This document shows positions 47,140 to 57,800 of a stretch of 64,000 nt of DNA, in pieces (positions within the stretch are counted from its first letter, which is position 1; every line of letters starts with the position of its first letter). The stretch comes from a virus: the IMG/VR virus record IMGVR_UViG_3300008108_002889, positions 45,141 through 109,140 of that record; one strand, given 5' to 3'. The notes below the pieces were generated by a model. That model did not search any database. It had not been told where the DNA came from and worked only from the letters and a program-made list of their open reading frames with translations. The position numbers and the translations under genes are program-made.

Positions 47140-47852
47140 TATAATTTCTCCAGTGCTACTGCAAAGTTCCCATTTTCAAATACAAATGTTTGGTTAATTT
47201 TAGTTATGTTATAGCTTCCAATATACTTGGTTAGATAAAGAGTCTCAGCTATGTCTTTGCTTTCAATCATTATTCTACCTGGAAGACTTTCATAGACTTC
47301 AGCTCTAGGCCCAGCGCCTTTAATACGCATACGTAAGGGTTCTGCATATTTCTTTTGAAATACTAGATCGTCATTGTCTACACTTATGCTTTCAAGATAG
47401 CTTTTGTTAAAGAAGTTACTGAAATTATTCAAAGTATTTTCTTTGATTTTTATTTCGTAGTCGTTGGGACTAGTTGGAATCATTTCGTTGAGATTGTCTA
47501 ATGATAACGAGTTAAAACTTTTATAATATCTAAATTTAAAATCTTTATTGCCAGTTAAGTTAGTAACACCGTACATAATTTCTTGAATTTGTTCGGCAAC
47601 TCTTTTATTTCTTTCTAATTCAACAAACACTTTATACTTGCCATCATTGAGTTCGCCTGGACTTGCGTCAGCATCTAATACAAAATCATAGCCGCGTTCA
47701 ACAAAATTCACAAGGTCTTCTGCTGGCTCTTTATCTTCAACGGTAAAACTTAACACTACAATGTCTTTGTCATTGCCCATTTTTGAAGCATAGCTATCGA
47801 TCTCAAATATGTTTTCAATTAGATCGCGCAAATCGTTTTCTTTTAAACTCAT
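47139..47852 (-). CDS. Hypothetical protein
   Basis: Start re-called at MSLKEND behind AGGAG. Confidence 0.7.
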   Translation of the reverse strand: MSLKENDLRDLIENIFEIDSYASKMGNDKDIVVLSFTVEDKEPAEDLVNFVERGYDFVLDADASPGELNDGKYKVFVELERNKRVAEQIQEIMYGVTNLTGNKDFKFRYYKSFNSLSLDNLNEMIPTSPNDYEIKIKENTLNNFSNFFNKSYLESISVDNDDLVFQKKYAEPLRMRIKGAGPRAEVYESLPGRIMIESKDIAETLYLTKYIGSYNITKINQTFVFENGNFAVALEKL

Positions 47853-47853
47853 A

Positions 47854-48435
47854 TTAAACTCCTGCACCCGGTACTGGAGCCGCAGGCATTCCACCTGCCG
47901 GGGCCCCGCCTGCTACAGCAGCACCCATTCCGGACTGTGCTGTCATTTCGTCAGCTTGTTCAGCTGGTGCAGCCTGTTTCCCTTCAGTGCTACCGATACC
48001 AATGCTTTCTCTCATTTTTGTCATGTGACCTTCAAAGATATCTGAAACAAGTTTGCGCGGCATCGTAATTTCTACTACCCACACAGGATTGCGATCTAGT
48101 TTGCCCTTTTGAGTACCTGGACGTAGATCTTCGTGTGTCTTTACTTCACGTGGCTCTAACAGGTGTGTGCGCTCGTAACGTACTTTACACCCGTAGTCTA
48201 GCAGGCGCTTTGCAGCCATAGGATCGGGCATTTTTTCCATAGGCCACATAAAGCTGGCTTTGATCCAATGACGTTCTACAATAGGACCTTCGGCAAGCTC
48301 ACCGTCTAGCCAATTTTTATATACGTACATATCCATTTCGTCTAGCACACGTTCAAAGTCTTTAAGTGTGCTTAAACTAGAATTGGCACTGTAGATTGAT
48401 TCTACATTTTTAATAACATCTAAAATATCTCTCAT
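47854..48435 (-). CDS. Hypothetical protein
   Basis: Downstream of TAAATA (48461-48466). Confidence 0.7.
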   Translation of the reverse strand: MRDILDVIKNVESIYSANSSLSTLKDFERVLDEMDMYVYKNWLDGELAEGPIVERHWIKASFMWPMEKMPDPMAAKRLLDYGCKVRYERTHLLEPREVKTHEDLRPGTQKGKLDRNPVWVVEITMPRKLVSDIFEGHMTKMRESIGIGSTEGKQAAPAEQADEMTAQSGMGAAVAGGAPAGGMPAAPVPGAGV

Positions 48436-48597
48436 TTTCAGTCCTAGAAATTTCTATACTTATTTAGCTGGCTTTAAATCATATCTTATCATATTACTTT
48501 TGGGTTTATTTGTTAAATAAAAATGTAGGACCTCTGTAGTTATCAAGGGCGGTCGCTACAAGTCCTGCTTTTAACTTTTAAAAAGTGGGAGAACTGA

Positions 48598-49323
48598 ATG
48601 AGTAAAAACCGCGTAAAAAAACGTTTTACTTCAAATGTTAATGTGATTGACTTCCAATCGCACCAAACTGTGCCTCAAAAGAAGCGTAGAGTTGCACTAC
48701 TACCTCGCAATAAGAACCAAGAAACATACCTACAGAAGCTACAAGATGATCATAAGAACATCGTGTTTGCTATCGGCCCAGCAGGCACGGGTAAAACTCT
48801 GTTGGCAGTCTTAAACGGGATTAAGTTATTGCAAGAAGGTGTAATTGATAAAATCATAGTAACAAGACCCGCCGTTTCCGTAGATGAAGATATTGGGTTC
48901 TTACCAGGTACGCTTAATGAAAAGATGGCTCCGTGGACAAGACCTATTTTTGATGTTTTAGGAGAATACTATCAGACTAAAGAGATAGCCGCCATGCTTG
49001 AAGATGGCACAATTGAAATCAGCCCACTTGCTTATATGCGTGGACGCACATTTAAGAATGCTTATATCATAGCAGACGAAATGCAAAATGCCACGCAAAA
49101 TCAAATGAAAATGTTACTAACTAGACTAGGTGAAAACAGCACCATGGTCGTTACAGGAGATTTAGCCCAAGCAGATAGATTAAAAGATAATGGACTTATC
49201 GATTTTATCGGAAAGATTGAAGGACGCAAAACCCAACACATTGATGTTGTGCGCTTTGATCAACGAGATATCGAAAGACACCGAGCAGTCGCAGAAGTTC
49301 TAAACTTATACGGTGACGAATAA
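48598..49323 (+). CDS. phoH: PhoH-like ATPase
   Basis: GPAGTGKT, RPAV, GFLPG, LAYMRGRTF, DEMQN, GDLAQAD. Confidence 0.95.
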   Translation: MSKNRVKKRFTSNVNVIDFQSHQTVPQKKRRVALLPRNKNQETYLQKLQDDHKNIVFAIGPAGTGKTLLAVLNGIKLLQEGVIDKIIVTRPAVSVDEDIGFLPGTLNEKMAPWTRPIFDVLGEYYQTKEIAAMLEDGTIEISPLAYMRGRTFKNAYIIADEMQNATQNQMKMLLTRLGENSTMVVTGDLAQADRLKDNGLIDFIGKIEGRKTQHIDVVRFDQRDIERHRAVAEVLNLYGDE

Positions 49324-49347
49324 AAAAGGGCTCTTCGGAGCCCTTTT
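49322..49347. terminator. Bidirectional terminator with cUUCGg tetraloop between convergent genes
   Basis: AAAAGGGCTC-TTCG-GAGCCCTTTT. Confidence 0.9.
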
Positions 49348-49852
49348 ATGTTTGCGTTATTTCAATTCCTGATGCTTCGAGGAATTTGATGCCTGCGTCA
49401 TCTCTATAGTTTTGATTAAAATAAACACGGCGAATACCTGACTGATAAATCAGTTTGGCACAGTCTAGGCAAGGAGCGTGAGTAATAAAAATATCAGCAT
49501 CCAAGCCACTGTTACTCGATCGTGCAAGTTTAGCGATTGCATTAGTTTCCGCATGTAGTACCTCTGGTTTAGTTTTTAAGCCGTAACGAACATTTCGTTG
49601 AGCACCTTCGTGCCAGCCTTCGTAAGGATACTGTTCCACAATCTCTTCAGGACTCAGCCAACCACCTGCACCTGAATCCCATTTAATATCTTCACAGTTA
49701 TTGTCCCAGCCTGCAGGCATACCGTTATAGCCGTAGCTGATAACTGTATCGTCTTTAACAATCACGGCACCAACATGTAGACGACGTGCATGACTTAACT
49801 CTGATGCACGTTTTGCCCAGTCCATGTATAGGTCTATATACTTTTGTTTCAT
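49346..49852 (-). CDS. dCMP deaminase
   Basis: VGAVIV, GYNG, HAE.NAI, PCLDC. Confidence 0.92.
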   Translation of the reverse strand: MKQKYIDLYMDWAKRASELSHARRLHVGAVIVKDDTVISYGYNGMPAGWDNNCEDIKWDSGAGGWLSPEEIVEQYPYEGWHEGAQRNVRYGLKTKPEVLHAETNAIAKLARSSNSGLDADIFITHAPCLDCAKLIYQSGIRRVYFNQNYRDDAGIKFLEASGIEITQT

Positions 49853-50172
49853 TCTTCTAGGAGATCGATCTTATTAGGCTTGTCTTTCCACTCGGCAGCA
49901 TCAGGCAGCGCATCTTTTCTTTTAGTAATTGAAGGCCACTGTTTGCTTAACCTAGTGTTAAGTTCATTCCAAAATACAACGTCAACAGTAACATCATTGT
50001 CTTGAACAATAGCATCAATAGGGCATTCTGGAATACAAACACCACAGTCAATACATTCGTCGGGATCAATAACAAGAAAGTTTGGCCCTTCTTTAAAACA
50101 GTCAACGGGGCACACTTCAACACAGTCAGTGTGTTTACACTTAATGCAATTTTCAGTTACTAAATGTGTCAT
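49849..50172 (-). CDS. fdxA: 7Fe ferredoxin (FdxA type)
   Basis: [30 protein letters not shown]. Confidence 0.92.
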   Translation of the reverse strand: MTHLVTENCIKCKHTDCVEVCPVDCFKEGPNFLVIDPDECIDCGVCIPECPIDAIVQDNDVTVDVVFWNELNTRLSKQWPSITKRKDALPDAAEWKDKPNKIDLLEE

Positions 50173-51092
50173 TGTGATAGTCTCGCAAGTCTAATAAGTG
50201 TAGCAGCCAAATTGATTTCAGGATCAATAACCAGTGTATGATCAACTAATCCTTGTTTGATAGTAAGGATAGCAGAGTCTTGTGTTTGTTCATCTTTGCC
50301 AAACAATTCAATATTATCATACATCCAACGATAGATATCGTCCATCTCTTCTGGTCTAGCCTTACCGCACAGCAGTTTTCTAGCTTCGTTTATCTTACCT
50401 TTCTTAAACAACTCAACCATTTCAATACGATAATCTAATGTGCCAATATCATTGGTATTAGGTTTTATCAGTTTATCTTCTTGGGTGTTTTGCTGTACAA
50501 GATTGATACATTTGCGTAGATCTGGGTAGGTTACTTTAACAAAAGTATCTAGTGTATCTAAATCAAACTCTACACCTTCTTCAACTAGGATAGTAGCTAC
50601 ACGAGCTGTAAATTCAGTAGCGTCAATTTTCTCAAAGTGGAACTGCTGGCAACGACTATGAATAGCTGGTATAATTTTATTTTGATGATTACAGGTTAAA
50701 ATAAATCTGCTGGTGCTAGCGTACTCTTCCATTACTCCACGCATTGCTGCCTGGGCATCTGGAGTAAGTTCGTCAGCTTCGTCTAACAACACTACTTTAA
50801 ATGGACCAAAAGGCATCATCTGAATAAAGTTTGTAATTCGATGTCGTACTTCACCAATACCACGTTCACGACTAGCGTTAATTTCTAAAATGTCATATTC
50901 TGGTATCTCCATTTCGTGGAGAACCATTTTAGCCATAGTAGTTTTACCAATGCCTGGACTACCACTTAACAGTAAATGCGGTATGCTTTTATCTTTGATC
51001 CAAGACAGTACTGTTTTCTTTTGAAATTCATCACGCCATACATAACCATCAACGGTCTTTGGCCGATACTTTTCCACCCATAGTTCTTTCAT
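50169..51092 (-). CDS. Clamp loader ATPase subunit (gp44/RFC-like)
   Basis: [27 protein letters not shown]. Confidence 0.92.
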   Translation of the reverse strand: MKELWVEKYRPKTVDGYVWRDEFQKKTVLSWIKDKSIPHLLLSGSPGIGKTTMAKMVLHEMEIPEYDILEINASRERGIGEVRHRITNFIQMMPFGPFKVVLLDEADELTPDAQAAMRGVMEEYASTSRFILTCNHQNKIIPAIHSRCQQFHFEKIDATEFTARVATILVEEGVEFDLDTLDTFVKVTYPDLRKCINLVQQNTQEDKLIKPNTNDIGTLDYRIEMVELFKKGKINEARKLLCGKARPEEMDDIYRWMYDNIELFGKDEQTQDSAILTIKQGLVDHTLVIDPEINLAATLIRLARLSQ

Positions 51093-51327
51093 TTGAAGTC
51101 CTTTGCCTCTGTTTTAAGTTAAATTTTTCAGTTATTGTATCTAAACTTTTCTGTATTGTACACTCTACTGTGCCTAGATCGTAAGTGGTAAAGGCACAAT
51201 GCGCAGGAGTATTACTCACTGCGTCTAAACATTCTTCTACTACTAAATCAATTAGTTTGTTCAAACGGTCTCTTTCATAGGTACTGCTAAATCCCGCCTT
51301 CCCAATTAATTCCTCTTTCATAATCAC
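51049..51327 (-). CDS. Hypothetical protein
   Basis: ORF in operon. Confidence 0.5.
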   Translation of the reverse strand: MIMKEELIGKAGFSSTYERDRLNKLIDLVVEECLDAVSNTPAHCAFTTYDLGTVECTIQKSLDTITEKFNLKQRQRTSNERTMGGKVSAKDR

Positions 51328-51493
51328 TCCTTGTTTTTTTCTCTACATTTTTTTGATGCTTATATTCTCGTTTAAGCCACCATTTATATCTGGCAAAATA
51401 TTCGCCCATGGTGTATCTGGGCTCGTTATAAATGTCGTGCTCGTTACAATTTTCCAGCCAAAGTTCTCGAAGCCATGTACGAAAAGATTGCAT
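51287..51493 (-). CDS. Hypothetical protein
   Basis: Coupled ORF. Confidence 0.55.
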   Translation of the reverse strand: MQSFRTWLRELWLENCNEHDIYNEPRYTMGEYFARYKWWLKREYKHQKNVEKKTRSDYERGINWEGGI

Positions 51494-51738
51494 TATTTGT
51501 CACCTTTAAGAGTTTGCCACATTCTTTTTTGATCCTGTTCTTTAAGCCATTGCTCTTCGTCTTGGCCAAAGTCTGTGGAACGGTTTACTGCATCATCAAC
51601 TAGCCATTTGATCTGCCACAGGTCTTGCTTCGAATACCATGCAGTAAATCCGTCATTATGCCTTGAATTAATTTCAATGACCAGCGAGTTTATTTGAGAA
51701 GCAATGTCTCCAATGTCCCAATTTTTTTTGAATCCCAT
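51493..51738 (-). CDS. Hypothetical protein (leaderless)
   Basis: ATG separated from TATAAT by 6 nt. Confidence 0.65.
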   Translation of the reverse strand: MGFKKNWDIGDIASQINSLVIEINSRHNDGFTAWYSKQDLWQIKWLVDDAVNRSTDFGQDEEQWLKEQDQKRMWQTLKGDK

Positions 51739-51744
51739 GTGAAC

Positions 51745-51781
51745 ATTATAACGAAAAAGAAAGGGTCTGTCAAGACCCTTT
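51745..51781 (-). promoter_or_regulatory. sigma70-type promoter whose -35 lies in a terminator hairpin loop
   Basis: AAAGGGTCT-TGAC-AGACCCTTT-CTTTTT overlapping TTGACA-N17-TATAAT. Confidence 0.75.
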
Positions 51782-51784
51782 GAG

Positions 51785-52153
51785 TTATTTAGACAAATAC
51801 TGTCTTAACTCCGGGGGCACCCACCCTACGGGTTTCAATACCTTACCGTCTTCACGCTTACGAACTTTACCAGTTTCTTTATTGATCTTGGCAAAATTTG
51901 TTTTCATGACTTCTTTCCAAGCGCCTTCGCCGTCTGCACCCATGCTGTGTATAGCACCAACAGTAACTACTAGAATGTCTATAAGTGCATCTAGCTGTTC
52001 TATTTGATCGCCTTGACTATGGGCCTGCATGAGTTCTGCAACTTCTTCTTTGATTAGCCCATAATACATTGTATATTGACTAATGTTTTTTTCGCCTACT
52101 GTTTGATCGCAGGCTCGCATAAACTTCTCTTGATCTCTAAATGGATTAGTCAT
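51785..52153 (-). CDS. MazG-like/all-alpha NTP pyrophosphohydrolase
   Basis: LIKEEVAEL, LDALID, N..K...KREDGKVLKP.GW.PP; start re-called at MTNPF. Confidence 0.8.
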   Translation of the reverse strand: MTNPFRDQEKFMRACDQTVGEKNISQYTMYYGLIKEEVAELMQAHSQGDQIEQLDALIDILVVTVGAIHSMGADGEGAWKEVMKTNFAKINKETGKVRKREDGKVLKPVGWVPPELRQYLSK

Positions 52154-52154
52154 G

Positions 52155-52529
52155 TTATACCCTGTAAGCTTCAACTGGCGGAGCAGTTCCGCTGTCCATG
52201 CCCAGGTACGCATCAGATGGGCGTTCATCAGCTCGGAGTAAAATTGCGTTTGTATCAACTCTTCGAATTATAATCTCGTTGCCATTGTCATCAACTTTGA
52301 TGCCTCGTGTCCAACGGCCGTGTTCAATGTAAATCCATTCTCCAACTTTTACATCGTGTTGGTCAGGACCAATAGCCCACACTCGACACCATCTGGGTTT
52401 AACTCCGTGGCTTTTACCATCATCGCTTTGAATTATAATTCCGCTGGCAGTAGTTTGCTCTTCGAAATTCATGTCAGCGACTAATATATTATCCCGAAGT
52501 GGGACGATATTTCCTTTAACTACGTTCAT
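52155..52529 (-). CDS. groES: GroES-like co-chaperonin
   Basis: PLRDNILV, TTASGIII, V.AIGP..DVKVGE. Confidence 0.8.
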   Translation of the reverse strand: MNVVKGNIVPLRDNILVADMNFEEQTTASGIIIQSDDGKSHGVKPRWCRVWAIGPDQHDVKVGEWIYIEHGRWTRGIKVDDNGNEIIIRRVDTNAILLRADERPSDAYLGMDSGTAPPVEAYRV

Positions 52530-52536
52530 AAAAGCC

Positions 52537-52752
52537 TCAATTGCTGTTTGATTTGCCTACATAATAATCATTGACAATTTCTTCACGCTTGCGAATAATT
52601 TTGCCGCCAGGTCCAATTTCGTCACCACGGGCATTCACTCTAGCATTACCAACTGCTAGTGTAGATTCGTTGCGGCTACGAAGCTTGTCTAAATCAACTT
52701 CTTTGCCCTGCATGGTGCGATAAACTTGTTTTGGTGCTTCTTTTTGTGCCAT
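52537..52752 (-). CDS. Hypothetical protein
   Basis: AVGNARVNARGDEIGPGG; AAGGAG RBS. Confidence 0.65.
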   Translation of the reverse strand: MAQKEAPKQVYRTMQGKEVDLDKLRSRNESTLAVGNARVNARGDEIGPGGKIIRKREEIVNDYYVGKSNSN

Positions 52753-52778
52753 GATAGGTCTCCTTGTTATATATGTAC

Positions 52779-53279
52779 TTATCTTAAAAATTCACGCCAG
52801 TCTAAATTATATTTCAAACTGTCTATTTTATGTACTTCTAGCAGATATAGCGTATAACTGGCTACACTACTACCCCTACCAACTCCCCATACTATGTTGT
52901 TTTTTCGGCAGGTATCAACAAAATACTTGAGCCAGCGTAATAGATTTAACATATTTCTTGCTCTGTATTCTTGAAGTTCGTCTATAAGTCTTTGATAATT
53001 TTCTTTTGGACACTGATTTACAAGAAATCCTTCGATGTCCATGTTTTTATATTCATCGGGCATTAACCAATTTTGTTGAAGTGCTTGATCAAAATCTTCA
53101 ACAGGATATTCTCTGTCAATGTTGTTAGTTAACAGTATATCTTCAAATTGGGAAAGTTTTTTGATATCATCAGTGTCATCACAGATAAGACCTTGCAGTT
53201 TATCAAACTGATTTTGATATATCAGATTGATTAGGTCCCTTTCTTCAAAGATCGGATTTTTGTATTTGTCAAATTTCAT
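52779..53279 (-). CDS. Stand-alone fragment of DNA polymerase III alpha (DnaE)
   Basis: GVGRGSSVAS..LYLL.VH.ID.LKY.L.W.EFL. Confidence 0.75.
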   Translation of the reverse strand: MKFDKYKNPIFEERDLINLIYQNQFDKLQGLICDDTDDIKKLSQFEDILLTNNIDREYPVEDFDQALQQNWLMPDEYKNMDIEGFLVNQCPKENYQRLIDELQEYRARNMLNLLRWLKYFVDTCRKNNIVWGVGRGSSVASYTLYLLEVHKIDSLKYNLDWREFLR

Positions 53280-53285
53280 TGTGTA

Positions 53286-53314
53286 AGTTTAACTTACATT
53301 TATTAATTTGTCAA
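53286..53314 (-). promoter_or_regulatory. sigma70-type promoter, leaderless geometry
   Basis: TTGACA-N17-TAAACT-N6-ATG. Confidence 0.65.
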
Positions 53315-53522
53315 GTCCTTGATCTCTATTTTGGTATTGTTGCTCGAGAAGTTTTGATCTTCTTGTCGAAAGCTCTTCTCTGTATAAACCTATAAAGGTA
53401 GAAATTTGTTGTTTGACTGCAGGATTTTGAGCGATCCAATATTTTTTAGTCAGATCCTGCAATCTATTTTCAATCTCTGTTTCTTTAAGCTGGCTAAAAT
53501 CTTCAGACAAAGGGTGTATCAT
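53289..53522 (-). CDS. Hypothetical protein
   Basis: Coupled ORF. Confidence 0.6.
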   Translation of the reverse strand: MIHPLSEDFSQLKETEIENRLQDLTKKYWIAQNPAVKQQISTFIGLYREELSTRRSKLLEQQYQNRDQGLDKLINVS

Positions 53523-54841
53523 GCAAACTCGCCAATAAATTTAATATAAACAACATTGTCGTATGGATCTTTCCATGCTTCAATTACTTTTCTTCTTGAT
53601 GTATCTGCACTAACAGTAAATGGTGCTACTATAGACTGTGCATTTCTAGTAACAGTAAGATTGGAACCAAATGCTACTGCCTGTCCAGAATCCCATGTAA
53701 CAGTAAGGATTGTTCTAGGAACTTGAGTAAGTGTACCAGATGCTGTTGAAAAAGTTTGAATTGCTGTGCCACCGTGATTCGTAGCTATTCTAATTCTTGT
53801 TCCGCTGATAATTGCAGAAACAAAATAGTCAGTTAACGATAATAGACCACCGAACCCTGTACCAGTGAAGCTAATTGGCATACCAACATACATGTTTGTT
53901 GAATCAATTGTCACAGTATTTGCATCGCCTGATAATGGAAAAGAAGCATTTTGAGACCCACCGGTATATGCACCAGTGGTTGCTATTGCAACATAACTTA
54001 CTGGGCTACTAGATAGTTTTATATCTCCGCCAACTTTATAAGCATAGTATGTTTGCGTAATACTTAATTCTGGTACTCCGGTGATGCTTGCTAATTTAAC
54101 TGGATCACCATCTGTAACAGATGCAATGCTACTACTCATAGTTACAAAAGTATCAGCCCCAACTACAATATTAGAGTATCCAATGGTTAATGTAGCTGTA
54201 GTACCGGTTGCATTACCGGTCATTGGTGTTACTGCTGAAACTGTTACAGTTCCAGTAATGCCTGTTCCGTATACAGTGTTACCAACTTCAAATATTCCTG
54301 ATGTAAGGTTAGAATTAATATAGGTAAGTCTAGTTGTATTTGATAGTACGGATTTTAATTCTCGTACTGCACCAGTAGCAACTGCTAGGTTTTGACCAAT
54401 TTCATATTTAACTGTGCCGCCACCGGTAGTAGCAAATGTAATAGTTCTTTGCGTACCGTCACTTCTTAATTCTAGGCGGATACGTCCGTATTTGTCGTTA
54501 CCGGGCCAACCTTCAAAAGTAATAAGTCTATCAGCACCTGCTACTTCAATAAGCTGATATTCACCGTTGGTAAGACTTACTGCTAGGTTTGAAGTAGCAG
54601 TAGTTTGATACGCACCTCCCCACGCACGACTTAATACTAGATTATCTAATATATTTCCGTTAAAGTTATTAGTACCGTTTATTTTGGCTGTGGTATCTTG
54701 TAATGTTGTAATTTCGCTAGCCGCAGTAGACAAGCCGGTTTTAATAACATTAAAGTTATCTCTAAATCCTTGACTGTCGTTGTCAACTCCTGCTACTGGA
54801 AAATTAGCATCTATAGTGTTTGCTACTATTGCACTGGTCAT
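53519..54841 (-). CDS. Putative tail/baseplate structural protein
   Basis: FPVAGVDNDSQGFRDNF N-terminus; T/G/S-rich beta-type body. Confidence 0.6.
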   Translation of the reverse strand: MTSAIVANTIDANFPVAGVDNDSQGFRDNFNVIKTGLSTAASEITTLQDTTAKINGTNNFNGNILDNLVLSRAWGGAYQTTATSNLAVSLTNGEYQLIEVAGADRLITFEGWPGNDKYGRIRLELRSDGTQRTITFATTGGGTVKYEIGQNLAVATGAVRELKSVLSNTTRLTYINSNLTSGIFEVGNTVYGTGITGTVTVSAVTPMTGNATGTTATLTIGYSNIVVGADTFVTMSSSIASVTDGDPVKLASITGVPELSITQTYYAYKVGGDIKLSSSPVSYVAIATTGAYTGGSQNASFPLSGDANTVTIDSTNMYVGMPISFTGTGFGGLLSLTDYFVSAIISGTRIRIATNHGGTAIQTFSTASGTLTQVPRTILTVTWDSGQAVAFGSNLTVTRNAQSIVAPFTVSADTSRRKVIEAWKDPYDNVVYIKFIGEFA

Positions 54842-57800
54842 GTTAATGTGGTCCTATCGTTTCTAAATACAAGATATTTATCCGTGTCGTAGGCACCGTC
54901 TACAGAATCAATTATGTAGCGATCTACGGTGTAATCTAGTATTTTTGGGTCAAAATTACTGTTCTTAATGTTTAACAGTATTTCAGCAGACTTACCTGGT
55001 AAGCAAAAGCACAACGGTACCGCAGCAGTATAATTTAATTCTGTTGCTGATCCGGGCTGAATACTACGCATCCATAACGGTAAGTAATTTCTTTCAGATT
55101 TAGTATTTGGCATATTACGTATTCTATAACGCCACAAGCTTATACTGCTTGGGAATCTAAATGTTGTTTCAGGATCTCCAACATAAACATCAGTTCTATC
55201 AATGGTAGAATTGAATGGTATTGGCCTATTCCAAAATTGTGTATCTAGTTCCTGCGGTCCATCATAAAATTGATTATTTTGATCTACTGTTACTAGTCTA
55301 TTGTTGTCTTGTAACTTTAATAACAACGGTAATGTTTTACCGTTTTTCTCTAACGTGTCTATCATTTCTATGTAAACTACTTCGTAGACAATGTCGTTAG
55401 TGCCAGTCGTTTTAGCCACCGCAGATTTAATCTCACCAAATCTGAATCTTTTTGCCTTGTGATTTTTGCCCATGGCACTGATATATTCTGCAGCCAGTCT
55501 TGTTTCTATACCTGCATAGACTAACATACGCAGATCTTTTTGTATACCATAACTTTTATCGTAGGGTCTGTAGATATATTTCTGATCAAATATATTAACA
55601 TTATTCATGAATGATTTAAAAAGTTCTCGCTGATTTGGTTTTAAGAAAGGCTTAACTGTAATATTGCTGTAGTTTACATCGTTTGGTGTTTCTACTGTTA
55701 ATGTAAATGTTTTTTCTACTGCACTAAATCTCAAAGGATCAGCAGCTTCAACAGTGAATGTGTATTCTCTGTCAAACGTAGTAGTGTTTTTTGCACCATC
55801 TAAAATAAAAGTATTTCCGTCAATGGCAGTAAGACTTAAATCAGTAACAGGGAATTCATAAAGGTCCCATTTAATTGGATCAAAAGATAATCCGCTATTG
55901 TGAGCTTCATTTGATTTATAATAACTAGGGCTAGCTGTTGCTGATCCAATGGCTTTGGCCATTGTTGTAGTTCTGCCTTTGTTTTCGTAGCTGAAATAAT
56001 TTAATGGAAGAACCTGCGTTTGTCCTTCAAATGATGCTATACCAACGCTTACACCAATAATACCAGAACCAAAGAATCCTGGATCATTGGGGTAGCCTAG
56101 TGTAAGGCTATCGATAGTACTTGACAATGCCAGCCATCTTCCGTTATAGGTACTGGTACTTTGTCCACGTATTTCATAGTAAAATTCTAACCCCGATGAA
56201 GTAACAAATGTTAAATCGTGAAGCCCGTCAACTCCGCCAAGTTGGCTACCACTGACAGTAATAGAATCTCCAGGCTTATATCCTACACCTGGATCAATTA
56301 ATTTAATTGTAGTAACACCTCTGTATATAGGATTTATTAAATTAGAAACTTTTTCAACTCTAAATACTGCTCCAGTTCCAGTTCCGGATGTAGAAGATGC
56401 AGAAACAACTGGCCAAACAAAACTGCTAGTTGATATAGCATTGCCTTCTGCTAGAGTAAACACTGGAGCCAATGGCATTAAATTTTGATCAACAATATCA
56501 AATTTTACTCTCCAAATTGATCCGGTTTGTTCTTTATCTATTACTGACAACACTTTGACAGGATCTAAATTTATTTTTACTGAATCGTAAAAATTAAAAC
56601 TGTCAGTGTCAGTTATAACTTTAGTCAATGCTCCGTTTTTAAAATTATGATCTGTAGTAGTTACAACTGTAGCTATGTTTTTTCTTCTTATTATAGATCT
56701 AATTTCAGCAGTATTGTCTTGCTTTACTACATCTCCTACAGCATAATTTTTGCTAGGTTTCCAGTAGCTTTTATATATTACTTGATCGTTAACCTCGTTT
56801 ACTTTACCAACTATTTCACCATCAAAGTTTAAACTTAAACCAGCTGGCAGTTTACCGCTAGTTACTCGATATAAAATCTGCGGACTAAATGTGCTAGTTG
56901 CATGGACAAATAAATCACTGACATATCCAGCATTAATACTGCCGAGGCTGCTAGGACTGTTCCATGTCATTACACTTTCAACTTCGCCTAATATTTTGAC
57001 AGTAAACAGTCTTCGACTAGATGCAGTTTCGCTGCTTTGACCAAACCTAGTTGCTTTAATAGTAAAATTAAACTCTCTAGTCACTGCTGATTGGTAAGGT
57101 ACAACACCAAATACTTCTCCAGTGTTTCCATCGAAACTCATACCGGGAGGTAGTTTACTCTTATCACCAATGTAGATTGCTGTACTATCTGGAATAGACA
57201 TGTCAAGGTTAGGAATAACAGTAATCCTGTAAGTGTCCCCACCTACGGTATCTACGCCTATGATATCATAGGTTTTTCCAGTCGCGCCTGGAAAGTCGCC
57301 AGCAAAGCTTACAAATTGTCCTATTTTTGGAACATCGGAAGCTCTTTCAAACCTTATAAAATTTAAACCTTGTCTATTATCAGATGCAGATTCTTTTCTT
57401 ACAATACCGCTGATCCTTGCATTAACATCACAATAACTAAAATTAATTGGGCCTAAATCTGTAAATCCTTCAAAAATATCTATTTTAAAAGTTTGATAGT
57501 TGTTAGCTCTTCTAATTCCCAAGTTAGCCGGTGTGGTAAAGATAGGCGTTCTTACATAAGTAACGTCAGCGGTAAAAGTTCCGCTACCTGAGCTAGTAAT
57601 AGTATTGTCTGCTCTAAAGAAATCATCTCCTACTACAAATATTCTATACTTGCGTTTGTTAACAGTATCACCGTCAGTGATAGTGGCTATAAATTCGTAG
57701 TTTCTGTTTAGCTTTCTAGGTTTAGTTGTAGGTACAAAAAAGTCAAAAACAGTTGAATCGTAGACAAACGAGTCGTATCCGTTTGACGGTCTAAATCCAA

